Part shown: piece by piece, positions 1-11,599 of the stretch
How the letters are laid out: the number at the start of each line of letters is the position of its first letter
How positions within the stretch are numbered: position 1 is the first letter of the stretch
Origin: Octopus bimaculoides
Lineage: Eukaryota
DNA: 34,607 nucleotides
Direction of reading: 5' to 3'
Assembly (NCBI RefSeq): GCF_001194135.2
Contig: NC_068982.1
Coordinates: 66,160,711 to 66,195,317 of the forward strand
Position numbers and translations under genes: made by a program
The notes under the pieces: model-generated
The model's input: the letters and a program-made list of their open reading frames with translations, nothing else
Databases searched by the model: none
What the model was told of the DNA's origin: nothing

Positions 1-297
1 TTTTTTTTTTTTTTGCTCGGGTCAAACATTGGAGTTTAACCGGAAAAAGAAATTCTCCACATATGTGTGTGTCCTGGTTTAACGCATTAGACGTTTGTGG
101 AAAACTGCAGTTCGGAAAGTGAATGTATACAAGATATCAGGTGTAAAACATATGCTATATGTCACAAAATGTTTTCAGACAATGTGAAATGCAGTTTTCT
201 TTTTTGTTTTAGAGATAATTTAAGGTTTACAGTAATACTTGAAACTTAAACTTTGATGTAAATGTCATTGCAGGCGTGTTATGTGTAACAGCAAACT

Positions 298-306
298 AAC
301 CAATCA
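298..306 (+). promoter_or_regulatory. CCAAT box (NF-Y-type AACCAATCA)
   Basis: Consensus match ~250 nt upstream of the ATG in a CpG-retaining region; TSS unknown. Confidence 0.3.
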
Positions 307-551
307 CATATCACCACTTTAACTTCATCCTAGTTACGCCTAACTACAAAATATATATTTAAAAAAATATATATCTTCTTAAAAGCTAAACAATTTGAGT
401 GAAATAAACAATTTTATAATTTTTCTATATTAAGAAATATTGTTTTAGACGTGTTGAATTATTTACTGTTGTTGTAATGAGCCGACTTAAATGCGGTCCT
501 GCAATGAATGCGTCGTGTCAAAATCAACAGAGAAGTTTAGTGTGTGGCAAG

Positions 552-560
552 CAAAATGGC
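552..560 (+). promoter_or_regulatory. YY1-like motif CAAAATGGC overlapping the start codon
   Basis: Matches AANATGGC, common near housekeeping-gene starts; cannot be separated from plain Kozak context. Confidence 0.25.
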
Positions 561-618
561 AGATGTTGTTTCTTCGACATTATCGAAGAAGGATAAATTA
601 GCAGCTGCAAGGAAAAAA
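556..618 (+). CDS. GOLGA2: Golgin subfamily A member 2 (GM130)-like, coding exon 1 (MADVVSSTLSKKDKLAAARKK)
   Basis: ATG in strong context (GCAAAATGG) with an in-frame TAG at 538-540. KLAAARKK matches the GM130 N-terminus (human SKLAAAKKKLREYQQ). Ends at phase-0 donor AAA|GTTTGT at 619. Joining to 23680 gives KLAAARKK-LKRFK. Confidence 0.85.
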
Positions 619-1413
619 GTTTGTACATTTTATTTCTTTTTTACTTCCGACATTTCATCTTCAGGTTTTAACTTATGCTGTCTTTTTTTGTTTGGTTTTT
701 ATAATTATATTTATACTTTTTTTTTCTACGGGCCGAAAATTCTCTCGCGAAATATGTTTTTTCCTTCAACGTTCGTGTTAATTATACTGGCATTTTATTT
801 GTTAAACGGTGGTCGATAACCTTGGACAAGTCTTTCAGAAAATTTATTACATTTGACCTTTAATTTTTTAATCGAATGTTTGTCGAGAAATGTATTTGAA
901 TTTCCAATATTTTTAGTTGTTTTAGTGTAGATGACAACACGTATACCCGTTGCACTTAAGTAAGTAGCTGCTTAAATAATTTATGTTTATAAACGTTTAC
1001 TACATGTCAGCACAAACGGTTACAGTGATTTAATTATATATTTGTATATGTGGCACATATTCCTTCGTCAACATAAGTACACACATCAGTTTTGTAAACT
1101 CAGCATAATCTTGTTAATGTATTTGTTCCTCTCGTCTCTTACCTGGATAGAGGCTTCGTTAAAGTTATGACATGGTCCAGTTAGCTTTCGAAGCTTTATA
1201 TTTTAGAGTTTAGGGTAAGTACCACATGACTTAGCTGTTCGTACGTCTGTTTACGTTATGTGTCGGCTTACTGTGTCTGGATGGTGCGTTTGTTCTTTAC
1301 ATCTGACCACGCCTTTATTAATCCTGCTCTTATCTCAGCCACTCAACCATTCCATTTATTCATTTGATTCAATTGTATTTTTATAAGTTACACTTAAGAG
1401 CACCGTGTATATC

Positions 1414-1425
1414 TGTGTGTGTGTG

Positions 1426-1457
<32 letters not shown>

Positions 1458-1478
1458 CATACATACATATACACACAC
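1414..1478. repeat. Compound microsatellite (TG)n-(TA)n-(CATA)n-(CA)n
   Basis: Read directly. Confidence 0.95.
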
Positions 1479-3649
1479 AAACACACCCATTTTTAATTTA
1501 TAATTCTATAATAAAATTGGGAAATTGGTACCTGTGTTATTTTGTTGGTTTTGCAATTAATCAATCGTTGATAATTTCTACCTATATTATTATCTCTTGT
1601 TTCTTTTATTTCATAATTCTGAAGAAGTAGCTTTTAACGTATTTTTTTAGATAATTAAATGCCGTACCTGGATTCCTTTATTCCACCGATTTGATTCGCA
1701 TCACAAGATGGATATGTCACACATTTCCTCGGTGCTCGTATTAAAATTAGGCGTGATTTATTTTACTGTTTAATTAGCACTAACAGTAGTTAATATGTTT
1801 AATCTTTGTACCTTTCAATAGCTTATGGTTTGATATGTTGACTAAAACAACTGTTATTTGTGGGATGTTATAGATGGTTGAATATTTGTACTTCCTTCTG
1901 GGGGGATAAACGGCATGCATTTAGTCTGGCGCTGTACTGTATTGGCCATCTCTATCGAAAGATTAGTTGATCGATAATGACTGTCCCTAATGTGATTTAC
2001 GTGTGATTTGTGAAATATCAATTGTGTTGGTTTTTGCAAATGTTGTTACACGCCAAATGTTATCAGACTTGATCAGCGAACTGTACTCAACGAAAGTTCA
2101 TTGATATTTTTCTATGAGGACTTTAATCGACCGTATTAACTCCAAACAAGAATACTCTTGACAGGTAATTTATGGAAACGAGTGACTAAATGTTTTAGTT
2201 GTCAACGTTATATGGTTAATTCAAGTTAATACTCAGTAGTGACTTTACCGTTAATTGTTACTTCATCGTGAAAAAATGAAACAAGAAACCAAGATTCTTT
2301 TATTTTAAAAACATTATTCAGGAATTTGATTTTCTTTTTTCGTCTTGAAAAGAATCCGTCATTGTAGGCCGATTTTATACTGATTAGAGACATCTTGTAG
2401 TATTAATTTTTAGACAGCTTTTGTGATATTGCCATTTATACCAATTTAGAAACTTCGTCCTCATTCTGTTTTATCCCATGAATGAAATACAAAAGGCAAC
2501 TCTTTATGCGAGTGAAAAAGCACAAAAACAAAAAGTCCCCCCCCCTCACTTTTTTTTTTGATAATCGGTTTACTCATAATAATTGTAAATTCATATAAAA
2601 TAACGGATGAGATTTGCTTAAAACGTCTGTTTTCCAATGGGATAACTTACAAGGAATGCACAACTGGAATGAATCTGCTTCCGAGTATTGATCTATGCAT
2701 GGAATAACATAGTTCATGGTGGTCTATAAATGAACTTTTCAGTAATTTTATATAATATATAGGCTTTAAAAATTAGATATTACCTATAAATATAAATCAT
2801 TTTATCAAAATAAAAAAAAAAGATATTAGAAAAAGTTCAATAATTATTGAATATGTAGTTATAGGATTCGTTGTGAAAAATGATCCGGAAGGTGGTGAAT
2901 AACCGAATTTCACGGCGAAGTAAAAAATAAGGACCAGAAACTGCTGATATTTTGTCAAAATGTAAAAGATTGGTAACCTAAAGATGCACGTTTCTTTTCC
3001 TGGTGTGAAAAGCCGACTGCAGAAAACGTGCGAGGTAGTGTGGCAGTTTTAGCACTTTATTAAAATTCCATTCACATTTTAAGGCGCTTTATATGAATAT
3101 AAAATTATCTCCAGTACTTGACTGGTATGCGATTTTACACCCCCCGCCCCGCCCATCGGTAAATAGCAAAGTTGACTTCAGCAAAATTTGAGCTCCAAAT
3201 ATAACGGCTGTAACTAAATATTGCAGGCATTTTGTTTCAACTAATGATTCTAGCAATTTCTTGTACTGTGAGACCTGAATATTGAAGATAGAGCCTGATG
3301 AAAAATGAGAGTGTACTGTTTACTTGATTCAAAGGTGGAGCACAAATGAACTAAGAGAGCAGCTAGATAAACAAGGTAATGGCTAATATACACAGCAGTA
3401 ATGACTGCACTAGTATGGACATGGTGCAATGGGTGTTGAGGAAGAAGTGATGGGACTCAATCTCAGTGCTGAACTTTCACATGATGTATATAAATGTGTG
3501 TGTGTGTATTTATATTGTCAACATCATTTAATGTTCAGTTTTTCATTCTTGCATGGGTCAGATGCTCTTCTTATTACCCCCTCTTACCCGTTTCCGAGCA
3601 AGGGGCTATCTTTTGATAAAAGCCTATGATGTAGTGTGTGACGTGTTTC

Positions 3650-3920
3650 ATCTGCTCTACAGAGCCGAACAGTCCAACAGAGATTTGTGCATGCATACAC
3701 ACACAGGGCTGACATCATTTACTAATACTAAAACATTGCTCAAGCAAGGTAATATTTCTTGAATCAATATCACTTGTATGATAGTGATGCTTGTTTACTA
3801 CATTATGTCAGGACATGGACACACACAACAGTTTCAGCTTCCATATAACAAATCTATTCACTGGGAATGCACTTCAGATCACATGATTAGGAAGCAGACT
3901 TCTTAACCACACTGCTAAGC
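3650..3920 (-). mobile_element. Decayed tRNA-derived SINE (family with CCTTGGGCAAGTGTCTT central box), partial
   Basis: CACATGATTAGGAAGCAGACTTCTTAACCAC is the reverse complement of the head shared with copies at 10105, 27385 and 29245. Confidence 0.5.
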
Positions 3921-4285
3921 TTGTGCTTATCTATCTATCTGTGAATGTAGCAAGGATGGCATGTGCGACTGACAGAGCCACCTTGAGCATAATCCTATGA
4001 ACGAGGAAAAGAAAGGAAAAAGTCACTTACTGTAATGTGTCTTTGTAGGACATTATTGCCTGAGGTTACTGTGGTCTTTTCCGTAGGCTTTTCTTTCCAT
4101 GGACAAACCTAATCTGTTTTTTCTTTTTTGTAACATTTACAATATTTTCTGTGATTGGTGGGGTTTTTTTTTACAGTCCCTTTTGATCGAAATTTTATCT
4201 TTCTCCTTTTTCTTTCTTCAAAAAAGCTTTATATTGTATCTTGTCCCCTCTGTGTTCAGCCTTGTGTGGCAAAGAAACATCTCTC

Positions 4286-4296
4286 TATCCATCCAT

Positions 4297-4354
<58 letters not shown>
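4286..4354. repeat. Compound microsatellite (ATCC)n-(AT)n-(AC)n
   Basis: Read directly. Confidence 0.95.
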
Positions 4355-4919
4355 TCAGTGACCTCAAGATGAAATGCAAGGTGATTGTAACTTCAAGATT
4401 TTGTCAGTTGGTGAAGTAAGAGAAATGGCTAGAATAAATAAATGGAGTGGGTGAAGTTATAGGATTAATAAGAGCATGTGTAAATAAGGTCTTAAATTAT
4501 AAATGTGAAAACCTAACATTTGTCACCTCATCAATTTTGTGATTGAGAAAACTTCTGGTCAAAGACATTCAACTATGATTCTTTTGCCCTTCTCAAAAAT
4601 CTTGGGGCTCATTATCCAGCATGCTCCTTTTTCTGGATAGAAGGGTATTATTTGAAAGAAATTTTGCTGATATTTCATCAAGTGACCATTCCCCCCTCCC
4701 ATTGGTTCATCAGTTTTATATTTTTCTGTGGTTTATCAGCAATCCAACTTCAGTCATCCAGTAGAAAAAGAAAAAGAATATTTTATTGCTTTTGGTAAAG
4801 TTGTTTCTTAAAGCAAAAATAATGATTGTTTTTTAGCTTCTTAGTTTAAATTCTCCACAAATATGAAATCAGTTTAACTGATGTGGTTCATTAAAAACTA
4901 ACAGTAATGTATTCATTAT

Positions 4920-6310
4920 CATCACTTAATGTCCATCTTACATACTGGCATTGTTTGGAAGTTTTGACAGGAGCTGGCAAACCAGAGGATTGCACCAAGC
5001 TCAAGTGTCTGTTTTGGCATGGTTTTTACAGTTGGATGCCCTTCCAAATGCCAACCACTTTACAGAGTGAACTAGGTGCTTTTTACTTGGCACCAGCACT
5101 GGCAAGGTCACCAAGCACCTTGCAAGACAAAGATCCTTTGAGAGGGATGGTAGTATTGAAGGAGATGGCTCTTTGCTAGGTAATGATAGAAGGATAGAAA
5201 TGGGTGTCTAGCTGTAGAGGAGATATATGATTAACCCAATCAGAAAGTGAGAGAGAACAAGGATGGAAGAGAGAGTAAAGGTGAGAAAGAGCAAGAGAGA
5301 TGATGGCGATGTGTCAGGGCATATTCACATAGTACTGGGATGAGAATATAAATGAAATGGTAGAGCATTGCCATGGGTGCATGAGTAGGGAGTTCATGTG
5401 AATGCAAAATGGCCAGTGGGGTAGGGGGGTGCAGTAACTGGTGAAACCTGGGTGTGTAGGAGTGGGGACAACAGGATAGCAATGATACTATGAGTAGGGC
5501 CGGGAGGACAGGATTGGGCTGCAGGAATAGTGCATGAAAAAGAGGAAAAGATGTAGTTATATTTCTTGGGGTAGTGTGTGAAAAATTTCATATTACATAT
5601 GGGTGGGACAGATAGCGCTCACAGAACTCTGTTTCGTTGAGGTGGACAGGTCTTCTCAAGAACCTCATATTGCCAGATATCTTGGTCGATTGTCATCTCT
5701 GCTGTTAGGCCCAACACCTTGAGATCAGTCCTCACTACTTCATCCCATGTCTTCCTGGGTCTCCCTCTACCACAGGTACAATCCGCTTTAAGTGATCAGC
5801 ACTTTATACAGCTGTCTTCATTCATACGTATCACATGTCCAAGTCAGCATAGTCTTCTTGCTTGCATGTTGCATTTGATTCTTCTTATGCCCATCTTTTC
5901 TCTTAGCATATTTACGCTTTGTTGTACATGCACACTGATATTGCATATCCATTGGAGCATACTAGCTTTATTCCCCTCTAGTCTACACCTGTCTTATGCA
6001 TTCAAAGCCCATATCTCACTCCATGGAGTATAGCCATTCACACACAAGCATTATACAGTTTGCCTTTCATTTTGAGAGAGAGTCCTTTTGTTGCCAACAG
6101 AGGTAATAGGCCTCCGAACTTCCTCCATCCTGTTCTTATTCTGGCAACACCCCCCACTACTGTTAATTTGGTCACCTAAGTAACAGAAACTATCTTCAAG
6201 CTTAAGGGAGCCTCCTGGGCATTTGAGAAAGTCTAATTTCTGTTCTTAGCACTTATTGTTCCTGCACATCTGCAATCATGTCAGCTACATTTTACATGCT
6301 CAAAAAACGT
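4920..6310 (-). mobile_element. Old RTE-clade LINE 3' part (RT C-terminus plus 3' UTR/tail), frameshifted
   Basis: Minus-strand pieces read RIRTGWRKF..LLPLLATKGLSLKMKGKLYNAC and GRGRPRKTWDEVVRTDLKVLGLTAEMTIDQDIW, homologous to 10721-10957; the tail at 4920-5090 resembles the family tail. Confidence 0.8.
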
Positions 6311-7404
6311 CCATAATTTTATGAACTGTCTCTGATTTCAACAGATTTTCTCTACTTCTACACTAAAACTAGTGAATTATATAAGGAGGAGTCTCATGCA
6401 CAGCATTTTTTGTTATTACATACTTAATTGTAATAGTAGCTTTTCCTCATTGTTGCAGCAACTGGAGATTGGCTTTGCTTTGTGATATAAATTTTTGTAA
6501 AGATTCTTCTCATATGATATACTAAATTCTATTCATTGTTTTTAGGACATACATGCACAAGCACATGCACACATACTTAGGAAGTTATTGGTTATTTAGC
6601 TCTTGGTCATCCCTGATCAGTGGCATTCCAGCCTTGACCCTTCCATCATTTTTAGAGGTCTGTAAGACTATATTATTCCAATATATCCTTTTTAAGGCTG
6701 AAGGATGTGATTTAAATATTTGTCTGCTATTTCTTGTAGGTCAAAGTATTAAAAGAGTAACAATGCAACCCCTTTGTAGACAATTATAAAAGCTTTGCTC
6801 CTGTAGGCATACATAGAGCCATAAAGCATAATTTATTTTATATTTTCATGTTTTACATTCTATTTTCCATAGATTAGTTAATTTTTGCATATTGTCTGAA
6901 CCTATGATTTTACAAGATTCTCTTCCTACTTTATTCAATCAGGTTAAATATTGGTGTAAAGTTGGTAAGCCATGACAGACTGGGGAAAGTGTACACTATC
7001 CCTTTTAATAAAAGAAAAAAAAAAAAAAACTAGAAAGAAGTACACATAAAGATCAGTTAAATGTTTCTGTTATGTCTTTTTTTTTTATGTAGCCTCTATG
7101 AATTGGAATTTTTATTATTTGTAGATGCTTTAAAATATATTGCACCCCCAACCTTGGTTAATTAAGTGGTTATGGTATTGTTATCCAAGCAGTCTGAAGC
7201 AATAATGACGGTAGTAAGGTCTTAATTTTTCATCGGAAGTCTAGCCCATTAATTCCCATCTTATGAAGCACTGCCATGGGTGCTTTTTAAATGGTACCTG
7301 CACCTGAAAGGACAAGTCTCTGTGTGTGGAAGACAGCAATTTTACTTAACTTGATGTGTCTTATCAAGTACAACAAATTGCTACATCCCCCAGTCCCTTA
7401 TCTT

Positions 7405-7533
7405 TTCCTCAGTGATGCCCAGCGTCTGAAGATCCTTTCTCACCACTTTGTCTTGTGTCTTCCTGGGTCTACCCCTTCCACAGGTACCCTCCACAATTAG
7501 AGCTCAGCACCTCTTTATGCAGCTGTCCTCATT
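7405..7533 (-). mobile_element. RTE LINE fragment (same RT C-terminal segment)
   Basis: GTCTTCCTGGGTCTACCCCTTCCACAGGTACC is the antisense of the GRGRPRKT segment also seen at 5750 and 10820. Confidence 0.7.
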
Positions 7534-8097
7534 TTTTATTGTTACACACTAGTTGTAAATGAATATTACCTTTATGCAAGCAGTGTCCATTGTTTCCAAT
7601 CTTTTGTGAATACATGTTTAGCCATGGAGAAATATTACCTTATTAAGAACAGGTGAAGGTTAATGACAGGAAAGAGTGTATTTTTGTAATTATTAGGTAA
7701 TTGGAGCTAGATCATGTTGATATTTTGGTGAAGTATCCTTGCATGACATTTATTATTAGCACATGAAGTGTATAGTTTTATTCAATTAGTTATAGTTTTG
7801 TATTTTGGCATGATTACATTTCATATTGACCAGTTTTCTGTAAATTATATTTGTGTGCATTAACTGTTCCAATGAGTAATCAGGCCATTATTTTCATTCA
7901 TCAATTCTCCAACTCGCTGAAGGATTTAAGCCAAACTTCGTCATTGTCAAGGACATAGTGCAGCAGCAGTAGTAATGTTTTATGAACCATTAATCTTTTA
8001 ACTAGTAGGCCATAAATCTAACAACTTGTCTTGTTGAAACTCTTATAAACATTATCCAACACCAGTCCTCATATTTGTTATACTAAATTTTTTCCTA

Positions 8098-8323
8098 CTA
8101 ACCCTTTTGTTACTATATATCTGTTGAAATACATTACATTGGTTCAGTTAATTTTGAAAACAATAGATTTAGTAAAATAATTGTCATTGTTAATGTGGTG
8201 TCTGGAATACAAATTAACATGAAATTTTGGTGGAAGGTTTAAATTTAGATCATTTTTTAATACAGGAAGTTTATATTATAGAAGTTGGGGTGGTTTCAGG
8301 TAGGTTGGTATCAAAAGGATTAA
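8098..8323 (-). mobile_element. TTAA-flanked (piggyBac-like) MITE, copy 1
   Basis: Ends (C)TAACCCTTTT...AAAAGGATTAA; interior is the reverse complement of 13333-13560. Confidence 0.65.
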
Positions 8324-8811
8324 ACATCAGCATATTAATACCTGTGAGTTGGATGGATCTGCACTAGGGCACATATACCTTGATCCTGATACATTGAATA
8401 TATATCTTGATCTTGTCAGTTTCCTTTTGATATTTTTATCTCTTTGAGGACCTTCTATCTGCGTACAACTTTTTTTGTCTAGCACTCAACATCCTTTTGG
8501 ATTACATGTCCATTCTAGTGTAGTTGATTATTCTGTATACATCAGCTGATTCCTTCAACGCACAAGTTAATGTTAAACACCCAGTGAGTTATATTTTACT
8601 TTTTTGCTTCAAGTTCTGCAGGCTGTTTACCTTTTCTGATCTGTATCCTCATTAAGCACCTGCCTAATCTTCTTGTGCTTCATGTTGTTGATTTCAATGT
8701 CAACTGATACAAAACTTTGACAAACTGTAATGGAATTAGTTTTAAACCCAACATTGTGCATTCTAACTTGGAGTGTGGATACAGAGTTCACTATACATGT
8801 CGATATGGTGG

Positions 8812-9215
8812 TGTGAATACAGAGTTCATTTGCAAGTATGTGGCTACTCTGTGACACCTTGTGCAAGTATCTTCACCTATAGTCTTGGGCTAACCAATAC
8901 CTTATGAGTAAAGTTGGCAAATGAAAACTTATGTATGTGTCTGTCTGTGTGTCAGTGTATTAAGTGATTGTGTGTGTGTGAATAATTACTTTCCACATGA
9001 TAATGTATGACACGTTACACTGGAAGTGATGTCCTGTCTCTGTTTCTTGTAACTTTGTCACTTGGCAGTCACAACATGTAAAAACTAGTCGAATAATAGT
9101 ATTTTACTTAAATAGGTATGCTTTAGCGACAAGAAAGACATCCAACAGTAGAATACTGCTTCATATAAGTGTTGTGCAACCCATACTAGCATGGAAAAAG
9201 TGGATGTAAAAATGA
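8812..9215 (+). mobile_element. Decayed tRNA-derived SINE with RTE-like 3' tail (only clear sense copy)
   Basis: ACCTTGTGCAAGTATCTT central box, TG-rich segment, tail AACCCATACTAGCATGGAAAAAGTGGATGTAAAA. Confidence 0.6.
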
Positions 9216-10104
9216 AGACATGGGGACTGAAGGGAAAGAAATGCTCTGTTTATATAATAGTGACAATAATATATCAGAATGCCTATAGGTCAAATAGCAT
9301 AATGTGAGAAATATATTTGCTTTAGAAGCATTATTCATTGTATGCAAAATAGACAATATCATTAGTATTAAGATGTAAGGAAAATGGATAAGAGATTTGT
9401 TGCTAAGATTACATGGAAAACAAAGAGGCTGAGGAAGAGCTGAGAAGTGGTAGTTTTTAAATTAAATTATATTTTTTTAAATAACTATTTTAGTCAAAGG
9501 TAGAGGTGCAGTTTCCTTGATCTTTGCAGGAAGTCTTTGACTGGTGAGTTTGATGTGGCTGATATTAAGCATTAATATATGCAGGGTTGGGGTGTCTGCT
9601 TGTAATGGAATAAATTCTACTAAAAGGACCCAATGACCAGGCCATGGGGTTAAACTGGGTTGGATATTGTATTACACCTTTTGAAGGTTTGGCTTTCCAG
9701 ACTAGATAACACAAGAGGAAGTATAGATGTATGCTGTGTGTACTTATCCAGCTTGTGTGAGGTTAGGAATAATATTCAATTAGTTAAAATAATGTTTTTA
9801 GAATTGAGAATGAGTGTAGAGAAAGAGATCAATATATACATGTTGAAACAAGTGTGGTATTATGTGATCTTTTATCTTGTTTTGGTCATTGGATAAAAGC
9901 CATGCTGGAGCACTACTTTTAAGAGTTTAGTCATTCAAATTAGCTCCAGTACTTGTTTTTTTAATTCTTTTTAAGCATTAGTCATTGTATGCAAAATTGT
10001 GCAAATTGGCAAATTGTGATATGAACATAAACAAACTAACACTGGTTTTCAAGCAGAGAAGGGAAGGAATAAACAAAACTCACACGCATGCACATACACA
10101 TACA

Positions 10105-10245
10105 AAGGATTTCTACAAAGTTTCCATCTATCAAATTCACTCATAAAGCATTGGTTGACTTGGGACTATTGTAGAATACACTTGCCCAAGGTGCTGAACA
10201 ACTGTACTGAATCTGAAACTATGTGGTTGGAAAGTGAGCTTCATA
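10105..10245 (-). mobile_element. tRNA-derived SINE 5' part (CCTTGGGCAAGTGT box)
   Basis: ACACTTGCCCAAGGTGC and ATGTGGTTGGAAAGTGAGCTTC match the family in reverse. Confidence 0.65.
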
Positions 10246-10689
10246 GCCTCTTATATTGTCTTACAAGCAATATGTGTAATTATTAAAAAAAACTCAATTC
10301 TTTTAAGGATATTATAACTGTTAAATTTTGTAAACAAAAAGGAATAAAAATGAAGTTTAATACTTTTTTTTAACATACAAATTAAACATTCCAAGTATGA
10401 CGTTTTCAAATTTTGTTCTTAAAGATGGCAGTGAAAATTTATAAAAATGAGAAAATGTTCTTGAGCGACTGCAAGTTGATAACTGGTTGGAAGTTCAATG
10501 GGTTGATGTTCAATGGAGAAAGGACTAAACATAGTAGGTTAGTATGGAGCCTTAGAAGGAAGACAATGACAGGAAAGATGAGGATGGTCCAGCAGTTAGA
10601 TAACACTAGACGTTTGCATGTAGGCTTCTCTAACTAATGCAAAGATATACATAGAGATGGTATGAGGTTAGCTGTCTCTGCTAAGGGGA

Positions 10690-11355
10690 TACTCTTTAAA
10701 AGGCACGCATCAGTTGTGGCGTGCAAGAGAGACGATTGCGCTGGTATGGACATGTGGTGAGAATGGAGGAGGATAGCTGCGTGAAAAAGTGCCACACCCT
10801 AACAGTTGAGGGAACCCGTGGAAGAGGTAGGCCCAGGAAGACCTGGGCTGAGGTGGTGAGGCAAGACCTTCGTACATTGGGCCTCACCGAGGCGATGACT
10901 ACGGACCGAGACCTTTGGAAATGGGCTGTGCGTGAGAAGACCCGGCAAGCCAAGTAAGATCNNNNNNNNNNNNNNNNNNNNNNNNNNNNNNNNNNNNNNN
11001 NNNNNNNNNNNNNNNNNNNNNNNNNNNNNNNNNNNNNNNNNNNNNNNNNNNNNNNNNNNNNNNNNNNNNNNNNNNNNNNNNNNNNNNNNNNNNNNNNNNN
11101 NNNNNNNNNNNNNNNNNNNNNNNNNNNNNNNNNNNNNNNNNNNNNNNNNNNNNNNNNNNNNNNNNNNNNNNNNNNNNNNNNNNNNNNNNNNACCCACTAC
11201 ACTCTCTGAGTGGTTGGCGTTAGGAAGGGCATCCAGCTGTAGAAACTCTGCCAAATCAGACTGGAGCCTGGTGTTGCCATCCGGTTTCACCAGTCCTCAG
11301 TCAAATCGTCCAACCCATGCTAGCATGGAAAGCGGACGTTAAACGATGATGATGT
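10690..11355 (+). mobile_element. Young 5'-truncated RTE LINE 3' end: RT C-terminus, 230-N gap, 3' tail ending (GAT)n
   Basis: ORF 10721-10957 (LRWYGHVVRMEE...GRGRPRKTWAEVVRQDL...DRDLWK) is the typical RTE C-terminus; the tail at 11192-11355 is nearly identical to 14945-15105. Confidence 0.9.
10962..11191. other. Assembly gap (230 N)
   Basis: N run. Confidence 1.
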
Positions 11356-11443
11356 GAATGAACTTGAGTGAATCCATGCTAGTGGATGGTTTTCCTATAT
11401 AACCTAGGATGTTTTAGCAGGGCCACTCCAGTAATTTTTGCTT

Positions 11444-11525
11444 TCGTCGTCGTCGTCGTCGTTTAACGTCCGCTTTCCATGCTAGCATGGGTTGGACGAT
11501 TTGACTGAGGACTGGTGAAACCAGG
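11444..11525 (-). mobile_element. Short inverted RTE tail copy ending (GAC)n
   Basis: 11459-11522 is the exact reverse complement of 11283-11346. Confidence 0.9.
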
Positions 11526-11599
11526 TTGTAGTAAATTCTAGGGTTTTAAGTGAACGATGCCATAGACTAGTAGTGGACATGTCTTTGTGCCTTTGAAGG

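Noticed and set aside
1-30. Leading T run as the poly(A) of a minus-strand retrocopy
   Set aside because: Truncated by the window edge; no ORF or TSD can be shown.
544-819. 91-aa ORF as a single-exon protein
   Set aside because: Only 556-618 is coding; the rest is T-rich intron read-through, and the GTG start is unnecessary.
8400-8866. ORF 8627-8866 and neighbouring minus-strand sequence
   Set aside because: Faint LINE-like resemblance (LHWNGHV) but too degraded to assign; the ORF begins inside a SINE.
11316-11329. 14-bp palindrome CCATGCTAGCATGG as a dedicated regulatory site
   Set aside because: It is part of every RTE/SINE tail copy, so its recurrence is explained by the repeat.
5719-11342. 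ORFs 5719-6033, 7291-7500, 10696-10953, 10799-11290 and 10932-11342 as genes
   Set aside because: Antisense or alternative frames of RTE sequence, or ORFs run through N.
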